Assembly: GCA_051294375.1 (NCBI GenBank)
Contig: CM119271.1
Coordinates: 428,721 to 492,720 of the forward strand
Direction of reading: 5' to 3'
From: Paraspadella gotoi
Lineage: Eukaryota > Animalia > Chaetognatha
DNA: 64,000 bases
Part shown: positions 1-11,100 of the stretch, one piece after another
How positions within the stretch are numbered: the first letter of the stretch is position 1
Layout: each line of letters starts with the position of its first letter
Position numbers and translations under genes: made by a program
Notes under the pieces: generated by a model
What the model was told of the DNA's origin: nothing
Databases searched by the model: none
The model's input: the letters and a program-made list of their open reading frames with translations, nothing else

Positions 1-1461
1 CCAAGCTCTGGAAATGAGGAATAAGAGATAAGGAGAGAAAGAAAGAGAGAGAGAGAGAGAAGCAACCTACCCCCATGAGAGCACCTCTCCCAAATGCTGC
101 ACGTTCAAGACCCCAAAGATAAAAATGAATTTGTAAAAAACAAAGTTCCAGAATCTGTCTTTAAGGTGTTGAGCCTCGGCGACGCGAAGCTCTCCGAAGA
201 TGAGGTGTTGGATGACTTTGCCGACGAGGATCAGGAGACAATAGGCGGTGTTGACCAGGACCTGAGATTAATATAAAGTTAAAATAAAGAAAAATAAAAC
301 TGACTTAATAATAAATATACTCATGAAGAGACTAGTAATTATTATTATATGTTAGTGACAGAACCATTCAATATAAGCAGTCCCTGAGCTTTGGATCAGG
401 CTGTAACACCATGTTACAGGCGGGTTAAGCGCCCCGTCCCTCTTAACTGCCAGACGACCACCGGGCAAGAACCCCGGACCTTTGGGTTGGGAGGCGAACG
501 ACTTGCCTCCGGCACCAATGGCCGCTGTGAACGGTTGGTGGATTTTAGTCCACCATACATCCCCCCTCCCGTAGGAGAAGTCTGTTGCGTCTCTTCAGTG
601 AATTGTTGTTGGTGGAAAGTTCGTCACCAAGTTGAGGCATGTCGCCTGATGTGTTGTGGGTGGAAAGTGCATCGCCAGGTTGAGGCATGTCGCCTGAAAG
701 TGTTTGTTGCTGTTGTGTTCGGAAGTCGGCTCACCAATGAAGAGACAGTAATTATTATTATATGTTAATGACAGAACCATTCAATATAAGCAGTCCCTGA
801 GCTTCGATCAGGCTGTAACACCATGTTACAGGCGGGTTAAGCGCCCCGTCCCTCTTAACTTCCAGACGACCACCGGGCTAGAACCCCGGACCTTTGGTTG
901 GGAGGCGAATGACTTGCCTCCGGCACTAATGGCCGCTGATGAACGGTTGGTGGATTTTAGTCCACCATACTCAGTACTTACCCAAACGCACCACGTCTCC
1001 TCAGTCAAGACGATGGTCATGCCGACGATTAACTCGTAGACGGAAAGATCCAAGGCGTCGCCAACGCCGTCTTCGACGACCACGTGCGGCGCCGTCTCCG
1101 TCTCATTTCCAACGAGAGTCGGATCGCCGCTCAAAGTGAATTGTTTGACGCTAACGACGGGGTGGGGGTGATTGGGAAAGGAAGGTTAAATTAGGTTTGA
1201 TGACAGTTTTTGAACAGACATCTCATACACAGGTGTAACATATTGATAAAAGGCACAACCTTTATCACTTTCCTTTTTCCCAATAGGATCCTATTCGAAC
1301 CTTCCCTCTCACTCAGACACTCACCTTTCGGGAATTCCCTGGGCCTGATTCGTCGCCGTCTGGTAGGCGTAGAACAGAGTTCCGAGGAAGAGAGCGATGC
1401 TGATGTTGGAGTAGGTCTTCAGCGTTGGAAGCGGAAGTGTCTCTAGAAAGAGGACCGGCAT
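1..1461 (-). CDS. AMFR: AMFR/gp78 ERAD E3 ubiquitin ligase, 5' part (exons 1461-1325, 1150-982, 261-71, 7-<1); continues beyond the window
   Basis: Manual splicing with GT-AG sites gives MPVLFLETLPLPTLKTYSNISIALFLGTLFYAY...WCVW|VLVNTAYCLLILVGKVIQHLIFGELRVAEAQHLKDRFWNFVFYKFIFIFGVLNVQ, which closely matches the AMFR N-terminus as I recall it (MPLLFLERFPWPSLRTY; VLVNTACC...HLKDKFWNFIFYKFIFIFGVLNVQ). Confidence 0.93.
324..557 (-). mobile_element. Family A tRNA-twister short element, copy 1 (AMFR intron 2)
   Basis: ~230-bp repeat near-identical to 738-969, 3221-3452 and 28042-28276. Twister L4 reads TCCAAAGC, a T1 mismatch against GACGG. Confidence 0.85.
738..969 (-). mobile_element. Family A tRNA-twister short element, copy 2 (AMFR intron 2)
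   Basis: Same repeat in tandem with copy 1; L4 has lost one C (TCGAAGC). Confidence 0.85.
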
Positions 1462-1935
1462 GGCGACGAGAAGCTGGGTTGGCGTTGGTTGATCGAGGCA
1501 AAAGAGTCGCTTAGCAACGATTCGTCGCCACGGACGAAACGTTGGAACATTTCCCGTACGACTTATTTTTTAAAAAACGACGTTTGAGTTTTTATCTTTT
1601 TACCCAAGTCAAGGTCTTTTCCTCGTCCGACCCAAACGGGTAATATCTTCCCTTTCGTTCAGTAAAGAAAATTCAATTAAATTCGGTAGAGAAGAGGACC
1701 CACACTCGCTCTTACGAATTAATAGTAATTATAATTTATTATTGGCAAAAAACCACGCTTTAAAACAAAAATCAAAAGGCTACACGCTTATTAACAAGAA
1801 TAAAAAATAAAGATATATCTCTTCCACGGAGGAAACATACTGGATCGCAATCAATTTGCTATGAAAAAGTATAATTAATTAAGTCTACGCGATTGCCTAG
1901 CGTTGATGACTCGAATACCGATTTGTCCCCCCTCT

Positions 1936-3099
1936 TCAATCGAAAGAACCTTCGGCGGTATAAAATCCACCCAAGGAGCAGTCGGCGTCGTCCGAATCGG
2001 AAACGAGCAAATCTTCCTCGAGGACGTCGTCCTTGGGATCGTCGACGCCCGACTCGACTACGGGAGATGCCTTTCGTCCATCTTTGGAACCGGTAGCGAC
2101 CACGCCCATTTCAGAAAGGGGTTTTTCTCTTTCGGATTCGACGTCGTGTTCGTCCTCTTGACAACTTGGCTCGGATACCCCGCAGGGTTCCCAATCCAAT
2201 TCCTTTTTCAATTTGGGAACTTTAACCTTTCTCTTTCCGAACGGCGACCGTTTGCGACGAATCTTTGAAAGACCGAAACCGAGACGACGTCCGGCGTCTC
2301 TCTCGGCCTCAGCAATTTCACGAGTGCGAGTCGAGCGGAGGCGTCGGCGAACCGGCAACGACTTCGCCGACGAGGAAATGGAATCTGGAGGCGAAGTCTC
2401 CGCTGCCAAGTTACCCATCTGATTCTCAGCCACGAGGGGCCATGAACACGAATCGGTATTCGTCGGCGAATCTTTGGCAACGTTTAAGGTGGGATTCTTA
2501 TACGGAGTCGGCATTTTATATTTTAAAGTAGGGGGAAGAACAAAGCAGGGAATTTTAGAAGAAGACGACGGAATTAAAGGGGCGACCGAGGACTGGCTAG
2601 AAAAGGAATCTTTCGGAGGCCAAACGACGACGGATCTTTTGGCCGCGACCTGGCAGGACCGCGATCCCAATTGGCCTATGTCGCCGGTTTCCTTGGGTCC
2701 TTGCAATGTCGGCCAAACGACGGCGTTGGACTTCCCCATCAAAACATTTTCTTCAGCCGAGAAAATGAAACTGGAATCCGAAGTCGCCGACGGCGGGTCG
2801 GCGGAGCGAGTCTTTTCCGGCGAAGACGCCGGAAGCGCCTCCTCCTCTCTCGAGGCCGCCGAAGACCGGGCCAAAACTTCTTTGCCGCAATTGGCGTGAA
2901 TGCGGAGTGAAGCGTGAAAGTCGAAGGCCGGAAACGCGGGAACCGACGAGAGAATGGAGACGACAGAGCGACGCACGCACGTGTCACAAAGACCGGATCG
3001 GTGGAGGTAGAGCCGCTCGCGCAGCCAACGAAGATTTTGGAGGTAATGATCGTAGAGGTCGACGCAGAGGTCCATGTCGCGGAGCCACATGGAGGACAT
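1936..3099 (-). CDS. Intronless 387-aa ORF of unknown function (N-terminal His/Cys segment with CxxC, basic RK-rich patch, acidic C-terminus)
   Basis: Long ATG-initiated open frame with the GC-rich codon style of neighbouring exons and AT-rich flanks; no domain recognised. Confidence 0.5.
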   Translation of the reverse strand: MSSMWLRDMDLCVDLYDHYLQNLRWLRERLYLHRSGLCDTCVRRSVVSILSSVPAFPAFDFHASLRIHANCGKEVLARSSAASREEEALPASSPEKTRSADPPSATSDSSFIFSAEENVLMGKSNAVVWPTLQGPKETGDIGQLGSRSCQVAAKRSVVVWPPKDSFSSQSSVAPLIPSSSSKIPCFVLPPTLKYKMPTPYKNPTLNVAKDSPTNTDSCSWPLVAENQMGNLAAETSPPDSISSSAKSLPVRRRLRSTRTREIAEAERDAGRRLGFGLSKIRRKRSPFGKRKVKVPKLKKELDWEPCGVSEPSCQEDEHDVESEREKPLSEMGVVATGSKDGRKASPVVESGVDDPKDDVLEEDLLVSDSDDADCSLGGFYTAEGSFD

Positions 3100-3220
3100 G
3101 GTGCGGGGAGATAAGGTGCGAGAGGCTCGGCAGATTTTTCGAAACTTATAAAAATACTTATATTATGTAAATAAATATGAAAGTATGTAAATATATAATC
3201 AGACATTCAAAATAACGACA

Positions 3221-3452
3221 TTGAAGAGACAGTGATAATTGTAATGTGTTAGTGAAAGAACCGTTCAATGTAAGCAGTCCCTGAGCTTCGGATCAGGCTG
3301 TAACACTGTTACAGGCGGGTTAAGCTCCCCGTCCTCTTAACTGCTAGGCGACCACCGGGCTAGAACCCCGGACCTTTGGGTTGGGAGGCGAATGACTTGC
3401 CTCCGGCACCAACGGCCGCTGATAAACGGTTGGTGGATTTTAGTCCACCATA
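3221..3452 (-). mobile_element. Family A tRNA-twister short element, copy 3
   Basis: Same repeat. L4 TCCGAAGC and GACGG are intact, P2 is one G shorter. Lies ~105 nt downstream of the ICAP-1-like stop codon, on the same strand. Confidence 0.85.
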
Positions 3453-3557
3453 ACATGATCAAAGAACAGTTAGCATCACGTCCCTGAGGTAGCAGGTAAA
3501 CAATAACAAAATACCGTAGACTAGGTCCGTATATAGTTTCAGAATTTTTAAATAAAT

Positions 3558-6500
3558 TCAGAACCCGTCCCCAGTGTCCGACGGCGGAGTCGCCGTGGAG
3601 AAGATCGTCCGGACATCGTTGTTGAATTTGGCGGCCTCTTCCGACGACGAGCACTGAAAGACGAGACACGAAGCCATGACGTCCTCCTCGGGAGACACGG
3701 GATCGACGCCGCCCACTCCCGAAATCCGGCGGCCCGAGGACTCGGCGTCGACGGCGACGGCTATGAAGAAGCGGCGTTGACTACGGAAGGAGACGGCGGC
3801 GAGGATTGTGTGGAGGGGTTGTCTATGGGGGAGTAGGAGTCGGTATTATTATTATGTTTTTAGAATTAATATTATTATTATCAATATTATTTTTATTGTT
3901 ATAAAATTATTCTACAAGCGCTCCATGAACAAACAAAATAAAATAACAAAAACAATAGCAGAAAGAGAGAGAGAGAGAGAGTGGCGTATATCATTCCTCT
4001 TTCGTTTCTGGTCATAATAATAAGGTTATATCCTTTAAATTAAATTACTGTTCTTATTTCCGAGTATACAATATACAGATGAATGAAACCTAATACATTT
4101 ATTTGAATAACAACAAAACTCGAAAAAAAATATCAAAAGACATCGTTTATTGAATTTACTTTCCCTTTCCTGACAGTTATTTTGTACATATACAATATAA
4201 CATCTGGCCCATAATTATTGAGACAAAAGATTGAATGTGTTACAGTTTATAACATTTTATTGTAAATATAAATACAAAATATAATTTTTTAATACTAATA
4301 ACGTTAACTAAATACAGACGAACAAGTTGAACCAAAAAAAGTCACAATTTTCTAGTGAAATGTGGCGTAGGGACCTTTAAATCGAGACGCCAGCTTTCTC
4401 GTAGAAAACCCAACTTTATTTTCCATTCCTTTCACGATGGTGCGCAACTGTCTTGCCGTGAGTTTTCTTGGCCGCCCTGCGCCTTTTTTGTGTTTGAGAG
4501 TATCTCCAGACTTTATTCTTTGTATTACGCGATATATAGATGGACGGCTAACATTTAGCTTCAAAAAATACTGTAAAGTAAATGCTGTTCCTTCTTGTTC
4601 ATGATTTTGGTAGAATTGGGCAATGACTTGACGGCGTGCTTCAGAGTTTGGTAGACAAACATCCTAGGCTTTATTTAAAAAAAAGAGCTTTCTACGGCGT
4701 CCTGGACGCCGTCTACAGGCCCCGGAAGCCGTCTCAATAATTATGGGCCAGATGTTACACGCAAAATATGATTCGGCTGGAAAGATACAGTAAAATGCAG
4801 TGAAAAAGTTGAAATTTGAACGAAAAAAGTTAATTGCAGTAATATTTTTCAAAATACAGTTATAAAAAAGAAATTTATATTACCAGTATCTCTCATGTTT
4901 CAGCTCTTATATGATATCAAAATGTTTTCTGAATTATAAAAGCATTTGTAATAATTATTTTTTTTAATTAACATATATTTTTTTATTATTTTATTTCAAG
5001 CTCACTGCTTGTACTATTCTCTTTTTTCATAAAACAATTTGATCATAAATAGATCCGCTTCATATCTTTTTTTTTATTTTTGAATATTTTATTACAATCT
5101 TAATATAATAAAAATATTTTATTCTGGCAAGCATTTTTTAAACAAATCATTATGTTAAATGTTTTTCTCACTCTTGTACAGAAAGCTTCATATTATAAAA
5201 TGCGGTACCCATTTTTTGTGACCAGAATCTGTTCCCACCAAACTACAATGAAATTCATGAAATTTTACATTTAGAGTTCTAATGACAATATAAATGAAAC
5301 TATCGAGGCGAATTTTAATATTCAACCCCTGACAAGAGATACAGGGCCCTGGGGCTGGACCCCTAGGGGGCCAAAAAAAGCTAAAAATTGTTTTTTTCAT
5401 TTTTTAAAATTTTTTAGTAGAATCAGTTTCATCGATGTTTTAAACATATAAAAATATTTTTAAAACAAATTAATAAATTTTTTGCTAATTAATCGGTGTT
5501 TGAAGATGCATGGTTCATTGTTTTTCTCCAAAGTTTCCAGAATTATTCCAAATCTGATTTGAACAGCTGATGTTAATGAAGCTGAAACTTATGGTAAAAT
5601 AATATTTTTGTGGAAATAAATACATTTTTGTAGAAGAGTAAACATCTGGGCAATTGTTAAAAATAAAAAAAAAATAAAAATTAAAAACAAATTTAGACCA
5701 TTTTTTGCCCCCATGAGTGACCCCTACTGGACTCAGGGGTCAAATATTGAAATTTGCCTCGATATTTCTATTTGTATTCGCATAGGGATCGTTCATACCA
5801 AATTTTATTAAAATCTATTCAAAGTTTTCTCGGAATGTGTTCTGGTCACAAAAAATGGGTACCACATTTTATAATATGAAGCCTTCTGTATTTTATACAT
5901 ACAATTATGGATAAGGCACTATGTGGCTGAAGATGACTGTCCGTAACTTCTATAACCCCCTCTAGCAGCCATGGAACGGGTCCCTGGACTTGGAACCAGG
6001 CTTAAGGCCATCCTCACGCTTCCCACAGGGTAGGTACTGGGTTGGAATTAAACCCGGTACCTAGTGGTCATGAGCCGATGGCTTTACTCAATGAGCCACC
6101 GGGTCACAACTGAAAGCGTCATGCTTATAGGCGTAGTGAACCAAGGCAATGCCCGACTACACAATTGATGTTAAATTATCTTTATCTTTCTGTTCATTGG
6201 TATAATGTTTGACTAATCAATTATGTATCAATAATAAAATAATATTAGATATAATATAAAAATCAAATATTATTATAAATTTATTTTTATTATTTTTATT
6301 TTTAAAGTTTTTTGATTTTGATTAATAGTCTGTATCTAAAATTCTGAATTAGAAAATATTTTTCTCTAAAAATGAATTATCCCTTATTTTTCAACAAATA
6401 AAAATCAATTAAGCATACTAAACTTACATAATAAGCAGTAGAGTGGAGCACTGGGGAACATAAATTTTATTTGAGTAAACAATGATATTTAGACGTGAGT

Positions 6501-8150
6501 TAGAATGATTAAGGAGTACAAAAAATATTTTGCTTATATTGTTTAGAGAACAGTATTTTTAATTACAACATATTTATAGTAATATCCTTACAAAATAAAA
6601 ATTTTAAAAATTATTTTTTTAATTTTTTTATGCAAGATTCTGATTCTTCATAAAAAGTTAGATCAAAAATATAAAATATGTTATTAAGAAATGTAATGTC
6701 TTCAGCATCAAAAATAGAAAAAAAGTTAAAAATCTGCACTTTTTTACTTTCTGTAATAGAAACTTATATGATAAAATATCAAAAATATTTTTATCATTTT
6801 TCGAAGCTTTAACCTAAAAATATCATGAGACATTGTAGAAAATGTCTATTATTAAATCTTTCACTTATTTTACAAAAGTTTTTCAGTCTTTTTTCGCCGA
6901 ATCCAAGACTTTAAAATTAAAAAAATATGATTTTAAAATTTATAAGGATATTACTATAAAGAAAATTCAATTAATGATACTGTTATACAATTTTTTTCAT
7001 AAATGGCTTAATTATTTTTGATGACATATACAAAGGCAGCAAAAAACATTTTTCCATCGCTCAATATTTTCATCACTCCACTCTAATAAGCAGTCAAATT
7101 TGCTACACATATTGATTGACAGATAATACTTTAAAAAATGTTTTTGAAATTTTTTACTATTGATAAAAATGCATTATTACATTGAATAAGTTCAAATATA
7201 GATAAAAAGAACAAAATAATTTTGTAATTCTGGTATCATAATTCATTTGCATATTTTGTATCATTCCTATACAAAAAATAGTGGGTCTGAAATATTACTC
7301 TTTTTCTGTAGACAATGAGTATCTATCGTTAAAGCTCATTATGTATATTCTTAATGTAACCAAGGCTCTCAACATAACGCAACTGCAATTTTTTGTAAGT
7401 ATTTTTTGTCACTTTTGTAAGATTCTTTCATTCTTAACCCTATTTCTCCTCATGTAAAAAAATGACCAAAAGTATTGGGAAAACAAAATTAACGTGATCT
7501 TGCTCATCGTCATATGTATATTTATTTTTTATTTGTATGAAAATAATAATGATGACACAAAAATGACAACAATAATGCCATAACATAATCAGATACAGAA
7601 GGCTTCATATTATAAAATGTAGTACCCCTTTTTTGTGACCAGAACACGTTCCGAGAAAACTATTGAACAGATTTTAATGAAATTTGGTATGAACGATCCC
7701 TATGTGAATAAAAATAGAAATATCGAGGCAAATTTAAATATTTGACCCCAGAGCCGAGATATGGGGCCCGGTAGGGGTCACTCATGGGGGCAAAAAATGG
7801 TCTAAATTTAAAAAAAAAAATTTTTGTTTTTTTTTTGTTTTGAACAGTAGCTCAGACGTTTACTCTTCCACAAAAATGTATTTATTTCCACAAAAATATT
7901 AGTTTACCATAAGTTTCAGCTTCATGAACATCAGCTGTTCAAGTCAAGATTGAATAATTCTGAAAATTTGGAGAAAAACGATGAACCATGCATCTTCAAA
8001 CACTGATTAATTATTAATTAGTTTAAGAGAGAGCAAAGAATTTGAATTTAACAACGATTTTTTTATTAGTAGTTGGACATGTTTCGGCTTGCTTATTTCA
8101 AGCCTTCATCAGCATATGACATTCAATAATAAATTTTGTGCAAAAGAAGA

Positions 8151-8185
<35 letters not shown>

Positions 8186-11100
8186 AAAGTTTTTCCAACA
8201 AAGTGGTGAGACAGAATAGTGGTCAGATGTGAGGACAGGTTGAAGGTGAGGACAGATTGAGTGAGTTGTGAAAAGAAGTGAAACTTGTTAAAGAGAGAGA
8301 GAGGAGAGAGAGAAGAGAGAGAGTGAGAGAGAGAGAAACAAAAACAACAGAGATAAATAAATAATAAAGATACATTTTTGCAATGTACAACAAAGATAAA
8401 GGAGTTTGAAAAAGTAACATTGGAGAAATTTTAACATTTAACTAGTGAATAAATAAGTAATTAGCTAAGGGATAGTTAAGTGAAAATGAAATATGAAAGA
8501 AAGTAGTTTTTAGTTTTAGTTGATAATTAGGAGATTAAGAAAGTGAAATTCAAGGGAAAGAAGAGCTCAAAGTGAGCTGGCCCCCCTTGTTTATGCAAAT
8601 GAAGGATAAGGACGATGATGACGGGTCATTGGCGTGTCAGTGGCTGAGAGGAGAGTATGACCGAACTGATGAATGCCGGATTGGGAAGCGATCCTTGCGG
8701 AAAGATCCCCAGGGCTACTCTTATGTCTCTTTGGCCTGATACGCCTGCCGGCTGCCCTCTTCTCGCCTGCTGACGAGGTGGCCGTTGTCCGTTCTTGCCA
8801 CTTTTGTGACAGGAGTGACGGACTCCTCTCCCTCCTCCTGAAGCCGTCGCTTTGGGGCGACGCTCAGTCCGCAGAGGGAGGGGCTGAGTTGCTGCATTAG
8901 AGGGAGAGGCATCGTTTGCCCATTGCCTGCGCAAGGGTCTCCGCCTGTCTCGTTGAGTGGAGATAGGGGAGTCATTGTGCGGGCGTGGTGGCGGCGGGGC
9001 CTCCACCACGCTTTTGATAAGCGAATCATAGCTTGGAGGGAGATCGAATCGTCCTCCATCACGGTTCAAAGAGGGCTCGAGGGCTTTGATGTAAATTGGC
9101 CAGCTCACTTTGAGCTCTTTCTTTCCCTTGAATTTCACTTTCTTAATCTCCTAATTATCAACTAAAACTAAAAACTACTTTCTTTCATATTTCACTTAAC
9201 TATCCCTTAGCTAATTACTTATTTATTCACTAGTTAAATGTTAAAATTTCTCCAATGTTACTTTTTCAAACTCCTTTATCTTTGTTGTACATTGCAAAAA
9301 TGTATCTTTATTATTTATTTATCTCTGTTGTTTTTGTTCTCTCTCTCTCTCACTCTCTCTCTCTCCTCTCTCTCTTTAACAAGTTTCACTTCTTTTCACA
9401 ACTCACTCAATCTGTCCTCACCTTCAACCTGTCCTCACATCTGACCACTATTCTGTCTCACCACTTTGTTGGAAAAACTTTTACCCTCTCTCTCTCTCTC
9501 TCTCTCTCTCACACTCTTCTTTTGCACAAAATTTATTATTGAATGTCATATGCTGATGAGGCTTGAAATAACAAGAGCCGAAACATGTCCAACTACTAAT
9601 AAAAAAATCGTTGTTAAATTCAAAATTCTTTTGCTCTCTCTAATACCTATGAACAACGAAAAAGAAAGGATTAACGCATAATTAGTTTAAAAAAATATTT
9701 TTATATGTTTAAAACATTGATGAACCTAATTCTACTAAAAAATTTTAAAAAATGCAAAAAAAATTTTTAGCCTTTTTTGGCCCCCCAGGGATCCAGCCCC
9801 AGGCCCAGGGCCCTATATCTTTTGTCAGGGGTTGAATATCAAAATTCGCCTCGATCAGGTAGTTTGGTGGGAACAGATTCTGGTCACAAAAAAGGGGTAC
9901 CACATTTTATAATATGAAGCCTTCTGTAATTGCTATACAATTAAATTCAATTGACCTAAAAACATCGAAATAAACGAGAAAACCCTTCCTACCGGTGGCG
10001 CACTTCCCCACCGCCATCGTTCTTAGACGCGTCGGATATTTTGAGGCCGTGTAGAGAGAGAGTGACTTTGCAAGGACGCGGACCGACGAGCTGGTCGGGG
10101 GCGGAGGAGATGGAGTGAGGCGGGGAAAGGCGGAGCGGGGCGGAGGCGTCGCTGGGAAGGAATCCTAGGGTTAAGGAAAAGTATTAAAAGGATGGAGGGG
10201 AGGGGCAGAGAGAGAGAGAGAGAGAGACCTTTGAGTTGCGCCTCCTCGACGACGTCGACAATCTGCACGTCGACGGGACAATCGATGGAATTGCAAAGGA
10301 GAGGAAAGGCTTGAGGGATTCGACCCAGAAGGGAGAGGCGATACTCTTCGTATTTCCCTGGAGAGGAGAGGATTTCTAACTCAAAACTGTCAAGAGCTAA
10401 ATTTAAAATATACATTTGACATTGTTCTATATTACAAATAAAAAATCAAATACAATAAAATAATATTTTTTAGACAAAAGACGACAAAGATTACAACTTT
10501 ACAAATCGGTTGAGAGGCCGCTGGAAACTGACCAACACAACTCTCGTGATTTTTTTATAATAATAATTTAAATTATAATTATTACTATTATTAAAATTGA
10601 AATTTGTGGTTCCAGATGGAACCGGGATTCTTCATGGTTCTTCCCCACCAACAAAGTGAGCATCTGCTCTGCAAACGCGACATCTCCCGAGAGAAAAAAG
10701 AAGAGAAAACCTCCTCTTCCCCGCCTTCTCTTCCCCCTCCCGTACGCTACCTCAGTACGCCGACACGAGACAGAATCACTCGTAACCAAGCAAACCAAGA
10801 GAGGGAATCCCGCGAAGACTTCCGGTGAAGCGCCACGCCCACTTGACCGGACGTCGTAGAAAGGGGGGATGAGAAACCGCAAAAAACCAGTCCATGGACG
10901 AAAACCGGGTCTGGAGAAACTGACGGCCGGACGAGGCAACGGCCGAAAGAGCTGTCGGGCAATCAGTCGGCGTCCTTAGACGTCCCTGGAGCCCGCCCCT
11001 ACGCTTGGGAGGCGGCGAAGACTTGCGAGGCCGGTAGGGACGGCGAGCGGGACTACGCGGACTGCCACGCCCACGCTTGCGGCTAGCAGAACAGGCGCAA

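Larger units (their letters stand above)
8027..9678 (-). mobile_element. 5'-truncated Penelope-like retroelement with an inverted (tail-out) pseudo-LTR pair
   Basis: Minus frame IYIKALEPSLNRDGGRFDLPPSYDSLI matches the C-terminus of PLE GIY-YIG endonucleases. ~550-bp inverted repeats at 8027-8583 and 9098-9640. 12-bp TSD TAATTAGTTTAA (8015-8026, 9679-9690). A hammerhead core and AATAAA lie in each repeat. Confidence 0.85.
7596..9926. mobile_element. TA-flanked MITE (family of 5179-5888) interrupted by a Penelope-like insertion
   Basis: Same TIRs, in the opposite orientation; the MITE body resumes after 9678. Confidence 0.85.

Noticed and set aside
391-768. 125-aa ORF and similar short ORFs over family A copies
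   Set aside because: Incidental frames through a structured repeat; not preserved between copies.
895-925. GGCGAATG suggesting an HDV-like ribozyme
   Set aside because: No P1/P2/P3 nested pseudoknot could be built; the opposite strand explains the sequence as a tRNA-like head.
930-950. CTGATGA in family A (plus strand) as a hammerhead core
   Set aside because: No stem II/GAAA/NUH arrangement; it is the reverse complement of the element's 5' clasp region.
7296-7382. Possible extra ICAP-1-like exon (open, phase 2-2)
   Set aside because: Poor acceptor, AT-rich, and unnecessary because the exon starting at 3822 supplies the expected PTB segment.
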